Below, one piece after another: positions 8,522 to 17,404 of a stretch of DNA of 64,000 nucleotides. Position 1 is the first letter of the stretch. Each line of letters begins with the position of its first letter. The notes under the pieces were generated by a model, which had not been told where the DNA came from, did no database searches, and saw only the letters and a program-made list of their open reading frames with translations. Made by a program: the position numbers and the translations under genes. The stretch spans positions 8,705 to 72,704 of the forward strand of contig CAJMRD010000001.1 of assembly GCA_905215725.1 (NCBI GenBank), written 5' to 3'. Origin of the DNA: an uncultured bacterium. GTDB taxonomy: Bacteria; Actinomycetota; Coriobacteriia; Coriobacteriales; Coriobacteriaceae.

Positions 8522-9832
8522 ATGGACGAACTTTTTCACGTCAGTGAGCGCAAGTCCACAATCGGGACCGAACTCCGCGCCGGACTGACAACATTCCTGG
8601 CGATGGCCTACATCATCGCCGTCAACCCCGCGGTGCTCTCGGGCGCTGGCATCGATGCGGGAGCGCTCGCCTGCGCCACCTGCCTGGGCGCCGGCATCAT
8701 GACCATCTGCATGGGCATCTTCGCCAACCGCCCGCTCGCCTGCGCGTCGGGCTTAGGCGTCAACGCGATGATCGCCGGAATCACCACCACCGTCTGCGGC
8801 GGTGACTGGCACGTGGCCATGAGCGTCATCTTCCTCGAGGGTATCGTCATCTTGCTGCTCGTGCTTTGTGGCCTGCGCGAGGCCATCATGGACGCCATCC
8901 CGGTTGTCCTGCGTCACGCCATCTCGGTGGGTCTGGGCCTGTTCATCGCTATGATTGGCCTGTGCGATGCCGGCATTATCACCGCTGGCGCCGGCACACT
9001 CGTCGGTCTGGGCGACATCACCTCCCCCACCTTCATCGTCGGCATCATCTCCATCCTGGTGACAGTCGCCCTCGCCTGCCGCAACGTCCCCGGCTCGCTG
9101 CTCATCGGCATCGTCGTCGCCGTCATCGCCGGTATCCCCCTAGGTGTGACCCAGGCTCCGACCGGTATCATCGCCCCGCTCGATTTCTCGAGCATCGGTG
9201 GCCCCATCGCCGACGCCGGCGGCGTGCCTGCCATCGTCAAGGTCCTTACCGACCCCGCGCTCCTCGTCATCTCGTTCTCGCTGCTCATGAGTGACTTCTT
9301 CGACACCATGGGCACCGCGATGGCCGTGGCCAAGCAGGGCGAGTTCCTCACCGACGACGGCAACGTCGAGAATATCAAGGAGATTCTGATCGTCGACTCC
9401 GCCGCCGCTGCTGTGGGCGGTTTCATGGGCGTCTCCTCCATCACCACCTTCGTCGAGTCCACCTCTGGTGCTGCCGACGGTGGCCGCACGGGCCTCACCT
9501 CCGTCACCACCGGCGTGCTGTTCATTCTCGCCGCGTTCTTCTCCCCCATCGTCACCATCGTTTCCAGCGCCGCCACCTGCGGTGCTCTGGTCTACGTCGG
9601 CTACCTCATGATGAGCGAGGCCTCCGAGATTGACTGGTCCGACGTGTCGCAGGGTTTCCCGGCGTTCATGATTGTCGCCGGCGTGCCCTTCACCTACTCC
9701 ATCTCTGCCGGCATCGGTCTGGGCTTTATCGCCTACGTAGTCGTCGCGCTCTTTAAGGGCGAGGCTTCCAAGATCAAGCCGCTCATGTGGATCGCAGCCC
9801 TCGCCTTCCTCGTCTACTTCTTCGTGGCGTAA
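8522..9832 (+). CDS. NCS2-family (AzgA/PbuG-type) purine permease
   Basis: Begins MDELFHVSERKSTIGTELRAGLTTFLAMAYIIAVNP, the canonical N-terminus of adenine/guanine/hypoxanthine permeases. Many TM segments. Start chosen after AAGGAAAGG. Confidence 0.85.
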   Translation: MDELFHVSERKSTIGTELRAGLTTFLAMAYIIAVNPAVLSGAGIDAGALACATCLGAGIMTICMGIFANRPLACASGLGVNAMIAGITTTVCGGDWHVAMSVIFLEGIVILLLVLCGLREAIMDAIPVVLRHAISVGLGLFIAMIGLCDAGIITAGAGTLVGLGDITSPTFIVGIISILVTVALACRNVPGSLLIGIVVAVIAGIPLGVTQAPTGIIAPLDFSSIGGPIADAGGVPAIVKVLTDPALLVISFSLLMSDFFDTMGTAMAVAKQGEFLTDDGNVENIKEILIVDSAAAAVGGFMGVSSITTFVESTSGAADGGRTGLTSVTTGVLFILAAFFSPIVTIVSSAATCGALVYVGYLMMSEASEIDWSDVSQGFPAFMIVAGVPFTYSISAGIGLGFIAYVVVALFKGEASKIKPLMWIAALAFLVYFFVA

Positions 9833-9859
9833 CGGCATAGTCTGCTAAAACAAAACAAC

Positions 9860-9900
9860 AAGGCGCGGAATCGCATCGAGCGGCTCCGCGCCTTTCTTTT
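9860..9900 (+). terminator. intrinsic terminator after the permease gene
   Basis: AGGCGCGGA-N15-TCCGCGCCT followed by TTCTTTT. Confidence 0.65.
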
Positions 9901-9921
9901 AGCGTCTGCCCCCGTGCCAGC

Positions 9922-10635
9922 GTGCGACAATTGAGGCTGTCAATATCACAACACCGAGAGAAGCCTGCCTTGGAAGCGCATCATAAGCAGATAACCGTTT
10001 ATTCAGAGTGTGCGGAAGGCGCGCCCGTCATCTACCTCCCCGTTGTCATGGGCGACGGTAGTGAAGTCTACGAGCGCTGCCGAGAGCTCGACTGCCCGCC
10101 GTTCACCCTTGTCGCCATTGGAGGGCTCGATTGGAATCGCGAGCTGAGCCCCTGGGAATGTGAGGGAACTATACGAGATGCCGAGCCCTTTGGCGGACAG
10201 GCTGCTGGTTTTCTTGACGAGTTGTTGAAGCAGATAATCCCCCAGGCCGAATCATCGCTCCCGCAACCGCCCGCCTGGCGCAGCGTTGCCGGCTACTCGT
10301 TGGCGGGTCTTTTTGCACTGTGGGCACTTTGGCAAACAGATGTCTTTGAGCGCGTGGCGAGTGCATCGGGGTCGCTGTGGTTCCCCGGCTTTATCGACTA
10401 CGCGCGCGAGCGCACGATGACGGCTACGCCCGACGCCGCCTATCTGTCGCTCGGTAAAAAGGAAACCAAGACGCCCAACCGCATGATGCGGCACGTACTC
10501 GACGATACGCGCGCGATGGAAAAGCTGTTTATCGAGCGCGACATCCCAACAACGCTGGAGCTCAACCCCGGCAATCATTTTGCCCAAACTGACCTGCGCA
10601 TGGCGCGCGGCATCCACTGGATACTGACGCATTAA
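9922..10635 (+). CDS. alpha/beta hydrolase (putative esterase family)
   Basis: GYSLAGLFALWAL nucleophile elbow (GxSxG) and a size typical of esterase-D-like proteins. GTG start; the exact start is uncertain. Confidence 0.65.
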   Translation: MRQLRLSISQHREKPALEAHHKQITVYSECAEGAPVIYLPVVMGDGSEVYERCRELDCPPFTLVAIGGLDWNRELSPWECEGTIRDAEPFGGQAAGFLDELLKQIIPQAESSLPQPPAWRSVAGYSLAGLFALWALWQTDVFERVASASGSLWFPGFIDYARERTMTATPDAAYLSLGKKETKTPNRMMRHVLDDTRAMEKLFIERDIPTTLELNPGNHFAQTDLRMARGIHWILTH

Positions 10636-10676
10636 AAATGGCGTCCACGCGTACACACGCATGGACGCCATTTTTA
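10634..10676. terminator. bidirectional hairpin terminator
   Basis: AAAAATGGCGTCCA-N14-TGGACGCCATTTTT, with A and T runs on both sides. Confidence 0.6.
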
Positions 10677-10872
10677 ATTTGGCTGAACGCAGCTACTATT
10701 CGACAGTCTCCTCGAGTTCAGATACGGTGGGCGTCGAGAACTGGGGCATGGATGTCCTTTCATGATGGAAGGGCGATCAGGCATATCGGATAACCTGCCC
10801 GAACGATACGATCCGAACCATTGTACGCGACACGCAATGCCTCGCACGCGCCGCCACCTGCAAACGGTAGCG

Positions 10873-12006
10873 TTACTCCCAAACGCGCTCGGCAATGCGC
10901 TTGACCAGCGCGATCTTTGCCCACTGCTCGTCCTCGGTCAGCTTGTTGCCAATCTCGCAGCTGGCAAAGCCGCACTGGGGCGACAGGTACAGATTCTCGA
11001 GCGGCACGTACTTTGCGGCTTCGCGGATGCGCTCGACGATAACATCCTCGTTCTCGAGCTCTGCCGCCTTGGTGGTTACCAAGCCCAGCACGACCTTCTT
11101 GCCGGGAGCGACGTACTTGAGCGGCTCAAAGCCGCCGGCGCGCGGCGTGTCGAACTCCAGATAGAACGCATCGACATTCTCATGTGCGAACAGGTACGGT
11201 GCGATGGGATCGTAGCCGCCTTCAAAAGCGTAGGTGGAGTGGTAGTTGCCGCGGCACACGTGCGTGTTGATAACCAGATCGTCGGGCTTGCCCTCGATGG
11301 CGGCGTTGTTGAGCGCCACGCCCAGCTCGCTTACCTTTTGCAGGTCGACCGGGCTCATGCCGGTTTTGGCGACAAAATCGGTATCGCAGTAGATGCCCCA
11401 GGTGCAGTCATCAAACTGGATGTTGCGGCATCCTGCTGCGTACAGGTCGGCGATCACCGTGCGATAAGCGTCTGCAATAGCGTCGGCAAGTTCCTCATCG
11501 GTCTTATAGACAGCGCGCAGGCTCTCCTGCTGGCCGTCGCAGCGATCGAGCGTGACCTCAGAGAACGTCTGGATCGGCGCCGGAATGGTCTGGCGTGCGA
11601 CCTGGCCCTCCTCCTCCAGCGCCTTGACGAACTTAAAATGCTCGACGAACGGGTGGTTCTCGCCGCTAATGAGACCGGTTACCACGGCGGTGTCGGCCGT
11701 CGTCTCCTCGTCATGGAACATATAACCCGTGCGTGAGGTGCGGCGCTCAATGCCGTTAAGGCCCCACATAAAATCGAGGTGCCAGTAGCTGCGGCGGAAC
11801 TCGCCATCGGTGATCACCCGCAGGCCGGCGGCCTTCTGCTTGGCCACCAAATCGCGAATAGCATCGTCCTCGACGGCCTTAAGGCCGGAAGCGTCGAGTT
11901 TACCCGCGACATAGGCGGCACGGGCCTCCTTTACAGCCTGCGGACGAAGAAAACTGCCGACGATATCGGCGCGAAACGGCGCGTTCGGATGAATCGAAGT
12001 GCTCAT
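10873..12006 (-). CDS. cobalamin-independent methionine synthase family II (MetE C-terminal-like, YxjG/YxjH type) protein
   Basis: Start at ATG 12006 after AGGGAG. MSTSIHPNAPFRADIVGSFLRPQAVKEARAAY...ITDGEFRRSYWHLDFMWGL is typical of this family. Confidence 0.8.
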   Translation of the reverse strand: MSTSIHPNAPFRADIVGSFLRPQAVKEARAAYVAGKLDASGLKAVEDDAIRDLVAKQKAAGLRVITDGEFRRSYWHLDFMWGLNGIERRTSRTGYMFHDEETTADTAVVTGLISGENHPFVEHFKFVKALEEEGQVARQTIPAPIQTFSEVTLDRCDGQQESLRAVYKTDEELADAIADAYRTVIADLYAAGCRNIQFDDCTWGIYCDTDFVAKTGMSPVDLQKVSELGVALNNAAIEGKPDDLVINTHVCRGNYHSTYAFEGGYDPIAPYLFAHENVDAFYLEFDTPRAGGFEPLKYVAPGKKVVLGLVTTKAAELENEDVIVERIREAAKYVPLENLYLSPQCGFASCEIGNKLTEDEQWAKIALVKRIAERVWE

Positions 12007-12046
12007 AGATATCTCCCTTTGCATTGGATGCTCTACTGGGACAGAG

Positions 12047-12115
12047 TATGAGCGCTCATATGACCATCGTAAAATATACGTTTATAACAGTTTGATATAG
12101 ATGCTTCCTATATCA
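12047..12115. promoter_or_regulatory. two palindromes in the leader/promoter of the MetE-like gene
   Basis: Perfect 14-bp palindrome TATGAGCGCTCATA (12047-12060), and TGATATAG-N7-CTATATCA (12093-12115), which is a T-N11-A LysR-type box. A LysR gene lies immediately upstream. Confidence 0.35.
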
Positions 12116-12161
12116 GTCTGGACTGCCATAAAGAGACTTGAACTGTGCGGAGCACAGCAGC

Positions 12162-13058
12162 CTAGATATGCTGACGAATCGCGTCGATATAGGCCCGACC
12201 GTAGCGCGTGAGCGTCGTGTTCTTGCGCGTGATGATGCCAATCTCCATGTATTCGTCCACATCGAGCGGAATCGAGATAATACCGGGGCCGTTAAGTTCA
12301 TGGCTGATCACGCCCGAGCATACCGTGTAGCCGTTGAGGCCCATGGCCAAATTGAACAACGTCGCACGGTCGCGCACGCGGATATTTTTGCGACGCTCGA
12401 ACGTCGAGGTCAGCTCCTCGGAATAGTAAAACGAGTTGTAGCTGCCCTGCTCGTAGGACAGGAACGGGTAGTCTTCCAGATCCTCGAGCGTCACGCTGGA
12501 GCGGTCCGCCAGCGGATGGTCGGCGCAGACGAAGACATGCGGCGTGGCGCAGAAGAGTCCTTCGAACACGAGCTCGTTGGCCACCAGCATGCGCTCGATG
12601 ACCTCGCGGTTATGCTCGGATAAGTACAGGATGCCCAGTTCGCTTTTCATATGCGCGACATCCTCGATAATCTCGTGAGTCTGCTCCTCGCGCAGGGTGA
12701 AGTCGTAACGCGCGGCATCGAACTCGCGGATCACGTCGACAAACGCGTTGACGGCAAAGGAATAATGCTGGCAGCTCACACTAAAGTGCGGCACCTGCTC
12801 GGATGCGCCCTTGTACTTGCCCTCGAGCAGGTCGGCCTGGTCGAGTACCTGGCGCGCATAGCCCAAGAAGGTCTCGCCTTCCTCGGACACAATGACGCCC
12901 TTGTTGGTGCGCTCAAAGATGTGCACACCCATCTCGTTTTCGAGATCGCGAATCGACGCGGTAATCGAAGGCTGCGACACAAAGAGACGGCGCGAGGCCT
13001 CGGTAATGCTGCCGCATTCGGCAACTTTGACGACATATCTGAGCTGCTGGAGCTTCAT
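12162..13058 (-). CDS. LysR-family transcriptional regulator
   Basis: The track ORF is 367 aa, but the LysR HTH begins at MKLQQLRYVVKVAECGSITEASRRLFVSQPSITASIRDLE (ATG 13058, AAGGAGA RBS). The upstream extension is Arg/Pro-rich junk. Confidence 0.85.
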   Translation of the reverse strand: MKLQQLRYVVKVAECGSITEASRRLFVSQPSITASIRDLENEMGVHIFERTNKGVIVSEEGETFLGYARQVLDQADLLEGKYKGASEQVPHFSVSCQHYSFAVNAFVDVIREFDAARYDFTLREEQTHEIIEDVAHMKSELGILYLSEHNREVIERMLVANELVFEGLFCATPHVFVCADHPLADRSSVTLEDLEDYPFLSYEQGSYNSFYYSEELTSTFERRKNIRVRDRATLFNLAMGLNGYTVCSGVISHELNGPGIISIPLDVDEYMEIGIITRKNTTLTRYGRAYIDAIRQHI

Positions 13059-13068
13059 GGCTGTCTCC

Positions 13069-13977
13069 TTAGCTGTTCGCGAAATTCGCGTCGGCTGCAC
13101 CCTCCTGACGCATAAACGGCGGCATCTCCCCCGTCGCGGCGCAGGCGGCAATCTGATGCAGAGCCCCGGCGACCGCATCATCTGCCGCGGCGCCGATATG
13201 CCAGCGCGCGGCAGCCGTGACGGCCTCATTGGCATTGGCGACTGCAACGGAGTTGGGAACGGCATCGATCATGGGCAGATCGTTATCGGAATCGCCAAAT
13301 ACGGCCACCTCGTCGGGCGTCAGGCCCAAGGCGCGCGCCAGCTCCAGCGCAGCGCAGCCCTTGTCCCAACCATCCGGAAGGATGTCGAACAGGCGCACTC
13401 GGTTGTTGGGAAACACAAGCGAGAGTTCCGGCACCTCAACGGCAACGCGCTCGCGTAGCTCCGCGAGCTCCTCACGCGAACGGGCACTCCAGATATTCGC
13501 CTTAAACACCGGCGCGCCATCGACGACGGGACGACACGGGGCCTCTTCGCCTTTGAGCCACGCATTGCCGCCCGACTCCATAGCGCGACGCACACGCTCG
13601 GGATTGCTCGTCACGCAATAGGCATCGTTGCCCCAAAAGTCATCGCCCAGGCTGTAGACCTTCAGGTACGTATCGTCGGTCTCTTGCTCCAAGTAGTCAG
13701 CCAAACGCATAAGGGCGGCGTTGCCGGTCGCATGCGAGGCTACCACCTCGCCGTCCACAAACATCACCTGGCCGTTACAGAACGCACCGGTCGAAAAACA
13801 CTCGGAACGGTTTTTGAACATCCAGCCCATCGCGGACGGCTGACGACCCGAAACCGGCCCAAAGTGCAGACCCGCCGCCTGCATGGCATGAATACCCTCA
13901 ATGGCGTAGTCGCTGGCGCCGTCATGCCCGGCTGGAATCAGCGTATCGTCCATATCGGTCAGCACAAGTTTAATCAT
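13069..13977 (-). CDS. HAD-superfamily hydrolase (Cof / HAD-IIB type)
   Basis: MIKLVLTDMDDTLI (DxDxT motif I) and GDSDNDLPM (motif IV). Confidence 0.8.
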   Translation of the reverse strand: MIKLVLTDMDDTLIPAGHDGASDYAIEGIHAMQAAGLHFGPVSGRQPSAMGWMFKNRSECFSTGAFCNGQVMFVDGEVVASHATGNAALMRLADYLEQETDDTYLKVYSLGDDFWGNDAYCVTSNPERVRRAMESGGNAWLKGEEAPCRPVVDGAPVFKANIWSARSREELAELRERVAVEVPELSLVFPNNRVRLFDILPDGWDKGCAALELARALGLTPDEVAVFGDSDNDLPMIDAVPNSVAVANANEAVTAAARWHIGAAADDAVAGALHQIAACAATGEMPPFMRQEGAADANFANS

Positions 13978-14015
13978 AAGGCCCCCATTCGTATCGGTCC
14001 TACCTATTGTAACGA

Positions 14016-14048
14016 CCTGCCAAAATAAACCTGTCCCTTTTTGGCAGG
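14016..14048. repeat. 33-bp hairpin repeat (CCTGCCAAAA-TAAACCTGTCCCT-TTTTGGCAGG), copy 1 of 2
   Basis: Almost identical copy at 35095-35127 (2 differences by eye). Confidence 0.7.
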
Positions 14049-14076
14049 TGCGCTAGTATAGGGAACAACAGATTCG

Positions 14077-14168
14077 ATGCGGGAGTGCCGGCGGTGCAAA
14101 CCACAAGGCTGAGAGGGCATGGGGCCCAATCCTTTGAACCTGTCAGTTAATGCTGGCGTAGGGAGCAT
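14077..14168 (+). promoter_or_regulatory. TPP (THI-box) riboswitch aptamer
   Basis: GGGAGTGCC...GGCTGAGAGGGC...AATCCTTTGAACCTGTCAGTTAATGCTGGCGTAGGGAGC matches the conserved CUGAGA and ACCUGAUCUGGAUAAUGCCAGCGUAGGGA cores. It lies directly upstream of thiM. Confidence 0.9.
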
Positions 14169-14180
14169 GCCGCCTTTACA

Positions 14181-14210
14181 GGGGCGCTGTCTATGCACAG
14201 CGCCCCTTTT
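14181..14210 (+). terminator. riboswitch expression-platform terminator
   Basis: GGGGCGCTGT-CTATGC-ACAGCGCCCC followed by TTTT, between the aptamer and the thiM RBS. Confidence 0.85.
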
Positions 14211-14232
14211 CTATGCCAAGGAGGCATGTGCA

Positions 14233-15072
14233 GTGATTGATTCGGAACAGCTTAAGCAAAATGTGGTCAAGGCCGTAGAGGAGATTCGCGCCACCAATCC
14301 GATGGCCGGCTCCATCACCAACACGGTGACGATCGACTTTGTCGCCAACGCACAGCTCGCCGTGGGCGGATCGGCCGCCATGGTCTATCTGCCCGACGAG
14401 GGCGAAGCGCTCGTTGCCGGCGGCGGCGCCATCTATCTCAACATGGGCACGCTCTTCCCTATCTACGAGCAGACGATTCCCCGCGCGGCGAAGGCGGCAC
14501 ACGACGCCGGCAAGCCCTGGGTGCTCGATCCGGTGGGCCTGGGCATCGGTAGCCTGCGCACCCAGCTGGTAAACGAGCTCAAGCAGTACAAGCCCGCCAT
14601 CGTACGCGGCAACGCCTCCGAGATTATCGCGCTCGCCGGCCTGTGGGGTCTTGAGGGCGAGACGGCCGATCTGAGCCGCGTGCGCGGTGTCGATACCACC
14701 GACACGGTCGACGCCGCCCGTGGTGCCGCCGTGGAGCTCGCCCGCTACACCGGCGGCGCCGTAGTGGTCTCGGGCGAAGTCGACCTGATTACCGACGGCA
14801 CGACCGTGGCCAAGTCCCACGGCGGCAGCCCGCTCATGTCCAAGATCACCGGCTGCGGCTGCTCGCAGGGCGGCGTGCTGGCCGTGTACGCCTGTGCTAC
14901 CGATCCGTTTACGGCAGCCGTCTGCGGCACCGCCGTCTACAACGTGGCCGGCACGCGTGCCGCCGCTGTCGCCGACGCCCCGGCAAGCTTTAAGGTCGCC
15001 TTTATCGATGAGCTCTACCGCGCGACCGCCCAGGACATCGCCGATAACCAACTCGAGCTCGAGGAGGCATAA
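14233..15072 (+). CDS. thiM: hydroxyethylthiazole kinase
   Basis: In-frame GTG at 14233 lies 9 nt after AAGGAGG (14217-14223). NPMAGSITNTVTIDFVANAQLAVGGSAAMV...YLNMGTL are ThiM hallmarks. The upstream part of the track ORF overlaps the riboswitch. Confidence 0.9.
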   Translation: MIDSEQLKQNVVKAVEEIRATNPMAGSITNTVTIDFVANAQLAVGGSAAMVYLPDEGEALVAGGGAIYLNMGTLFPIYEQTIPRAAKAAHDAGKPWVLDPVGLGIGSLRTQLVNELKQYKPAIVRGNASEIIALAGLWGLEGETADLSRVRGVDTTDTVDAARGAAVELARYTGGAVVVSGEVDLITDGTTVAKSHGGSPLMSKITGCGCSQGGVLAVYACATDPFTAAVCGTAVYNVAGTRAAAVADAPASFKVAFIDELYRATAQDIADNQLELEEA

Positions 15073-15075
15073 GCC

Positions 15076-15417
15076 ATGTCCGAGCCCGTAACCAATGCCG
15101 GCATGAACACGCTCGTCGCCGTGGCCATCGCCCCGTGCGGCACCGGCGACGAGCTGTCCGCCGAGGTCGCTGAGGTCGTGCGCGTCATTCGCGAGAGCGG
15201 TCTTCCCAACCGCACCACCTCGATGTTCACCGAGATCGAGGGCGACTGGGACGAGGTCATGCAGGTCGTGCGCGACGCAACCTTTGTGTTGGCGAGCAAG
15301 GGTATCCGCACCGAAGTCGTGCTCAAAGCCGATATTCGACCCGGATTTACCGACACCATGACCGGCAAGCTCGAGCGCATGGAAGCGCAGATCAAAAAGC
15401 AGGAGGAAGCACGATGA
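15076..15417 (+). CDS. MTH1187/YkoF-family thiamine-binding protein
   Basis: 113 aa with a ferredoxin-like pattern (NTLVAVAIAPCGTGDELSAEVAEVVRVIRESGL...MFTEIEGDWDEVM). Lies between thiM and thiE. Confidence 0.7.
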   Translation: MSEPVTNAGMNTLVAVAIAPCGTGDELSAEVAEVVRVIRESGLPNRTTSMFTEIEGDWDEVMQVVRDATFVLASKGIRTEVVLKADIRPGFTDTMTGKLERMEAQIKKQEEAR

Positions 15418-16109
15418 GCATCCGCGACAACCTTGATATCTCGGCCTATCTGGTACTCGGCCCCGAAAACACGCTGGGGCGCCCCGTGGGCGATGTAGTG
15501 ACCCAGGCGCTCGATGCCGGCTTTACCTGCATCCAGGTGCGCTCCAAGGTGGCAAGCGCCCGCGAGATCATCGCGCTGACCGGCGACGCCGCGCAGGCAA
15601 TCGCACAGGCTGGCAAGACCGGTCAGGTCGCCTTGCTGATCGACGACCGCCTGGACTGCGTACTTGCCGCGCGTGAGCAGGGTATTGCTGTCGATGGCGT
15701 GCACGTGGGCCAGAGCGATATTCCCGTCGAGGTCTGCCGCAAACTTTTGGGTCCCGACGCCATCGTGGGCCTTTCGGCCCGTTGCGAGGAGATGCTCGAG
15801 TACGTCAAGACCGCCGACATGAGCCTAGTCGACTACCTGGGCATCGGCCCACTCCACGAGACTGAGACCAAGCGCGATTGCGGACGCGCAGCCGATGGCT
15901 CCATCATCACCAAGAGCTTTGAGGACCTGACCGCCCTCCACGCGGCAAGCCCCGTGCCCATCGTGGTGGGCGGCGGCGTTAAGACAGCCGACCTGCCGCA
16001 GCTTAAGGCCACCGGCGTCAACGGCTTCTTTGTGGTGAGCGCCGTCTGCAGCGCCGATGACCCCTACGCCGCGGCCAAGGAGCTTGTCGACACCTGGCAG
16101 CAGGCATAG
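15414..16109 (+). CDS. thiE: thiamine-phosphate synthase
   Basis: ATGA overlap with the preceding gene. CIQVRSK, DGVHVGQSD and VVGGGV motifs. Confidence 0.9.
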   Translation: MSIRDNLDISAYLVLGPENTLGRPVGDVVTQALDAGFTCIQVRSKVASAREIIALTGDAAQAIAQAGKTGQVALLIDDRLDCVLAAREQGIAVDGVHVGQSDIPVEVCRKLLGPDAIVGLSARCEEMLEYVKTADMSLVDYLGIGPLHETETKRDCGRAADGSIITKSFEDLTALHAASPVPIVVGGGVKTADLPQLKATGVNGFFVVSAVCSADDPYAAAKELVDTWQQA

Positions 16110-16153
16110 CCATAAGCCGAGCAGCCGATTCGCAGCCTCACATCTTCAGCAAT

Positions 16154-16199
16154 GGAAAGCGCATCCCAGTTTGGACCTCCATTCCGGGATGCGCTTTCC
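16154..16199. terminator. 14-bp-stem hairpin between convergent thiE and the patatin gene
   Basis: GGAAAGCGCATCCC-N18-GGGATGCGCTTTCC. There is no clear U tract. Confidence 0.45.
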
Positions 16200-16210
16200 A
16201 CATGCGACCC

Positions 16211-17080
16211 TTACCCCGCCAGATACGCTTCCAACGCCGGCAAAGTCGCCTCCGCATCGCGGCGACCAATCTGATAGATGCGCTCAAGTTCATCGGGCTC
16301 ACGACACAGCGACGGCACCTTCACCGATTCGCTCGGACGCACCACAAAGATATCGCCGGCGGCCTCACGACGCGCCAAATCATCGAGCGTGGCATTGTAG
16401 ACCTCATGCCGATGCTCAAGCGCTGCGACAAACTCCGGATAGTGACGGAACACGCGACGCAGCATGGGCATCACGCTGTTGGGCCGCTTCACAAAGCCCG
16501 CCGGCTGCGTGAGTACCACGATGTTGCGGTCATACCCCTGCGCAAACAGCCAAGCGCTGGGAATAGAGTCAGCCACGCCACCATCCAGATACTTATGCCC
16601 GTCAATAGCAACGGGACGCGTCGCCACAGGAATCGCCGATGACGCCCGGATCCACTCGATATCGCGCTCATCGCCATAGGGCAGGTCGTGATAGACGGCC
16701 TTGCCCGTCTCGATATCGGTACACACGCACGTAAATCGCATGGGGCAGGCGCGGTACGCCTCCAAGTCGATGGGATCGCGCTCGATAGGCACCTCGTGAT
16801 AGGCAAAATCGGCATTGAACATATCGCCGGTCCGCAGCCAGCTTGCTACACCCGCATAGCGCTTGTCGGCGCAATAAGCCTTGTTGTAGCGAATGGCGCG
16901 GCCGATCTGGCGCGATTTAAAGTTGTAGCCAAACGCCGCGCCCGCCGAGACACCCACCATATGGTCGCAAGTTAAGCCGTGCTCCATCCAAACGTCGAGC
17001 ACGCCCGCCGTATACATACCGCGGTAGCCGCCTCCCTCGAGTGCCAGCCCCACCGTGCGCGTCGTATTTGACTGTGCCAT
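16211..17080 (-). CDS. patatin-like phospholipase
   Basis: GLALEGGGYRGMYTAG oxyanion motif and GVSAGA (GxSxG). GGAGA RBS. Confidence 0.85.
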   Translation of the reverse strand: MAQSNTTRTVGLALEGGGYRGMYTAGVLDVWMEHGLTCDHMVGVSAGAAFGYNFKSRQIGRAIRYNKAYCADKRYAGVASWLRTGDMFNADFAYHEVPIERDPIDLEAYRACPMRFTCVCTDIETGKAVYHDLPYGDERDIEWIRASSAIPVATRPVAIDGHKYLDGGVADSIPSAWLFAQGYDRNIVVLTQPAGFVKRPNSVMPMLRRVFRHYPEFVAALEHRHEVYNATLDDLARREAAGDIFVVRPSESVKVPSLCREPDELERIYQIGRRDAEATLPALEAYLAG

Positions 17081-17404
17081 GCGACCATCTCCGTCCCCAC
17101 AAATTCAAACGGGACAAGTATACCCGTCAACATATATCGTCCCAGTCGCATTTTTATCGAACATCGCATCGTCGCGCTACCGCTTGTCGAACAATAGCCG
17201 CCCACAGCATGTGCACCCATATATAATTGTGCACTATTGTTTACACTACTCAGCTGTTATCAACAGCGAACATTAGCCGGCAAATTAACTCAACAACGCG
17301 GCAAGGCGGGGGCCTGGATACATGCAAAGCGCTGAGCAACGACGCGTGTACACAACGAGCTCGCCCGACGCAATCCGCCCCGACCTCAGAAAGCCACTTA
17401 GAAC

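Noticed and set aside
10696-10749. 17-codon micro-ORF (MPQFSTPTVSELEETVE) with a GAAAGGA RBS in the 190-nt gap after the MetE-like gene.
   Set aside because: It is too short to evaluate and shows no recognisable peptide class or neighbouring modification genes. Chance occurrence is likely.
12162-13265. N-terminal extensions suggested by the ORF track for several genes: LysR 12162-13265, trmL 23936-24748, hydrolase 6699-7727, thiM 14119-15072, TetM-like 29751-31823, ArsC-like 22402-22836, and others.
   Set aside because: The extensions overlap upstream genes, terminators or the TPP riboswitch. They are compositionally junk. In each case a downstream start with a good Shine-Dalgarno gives the canonical family N-terminus.
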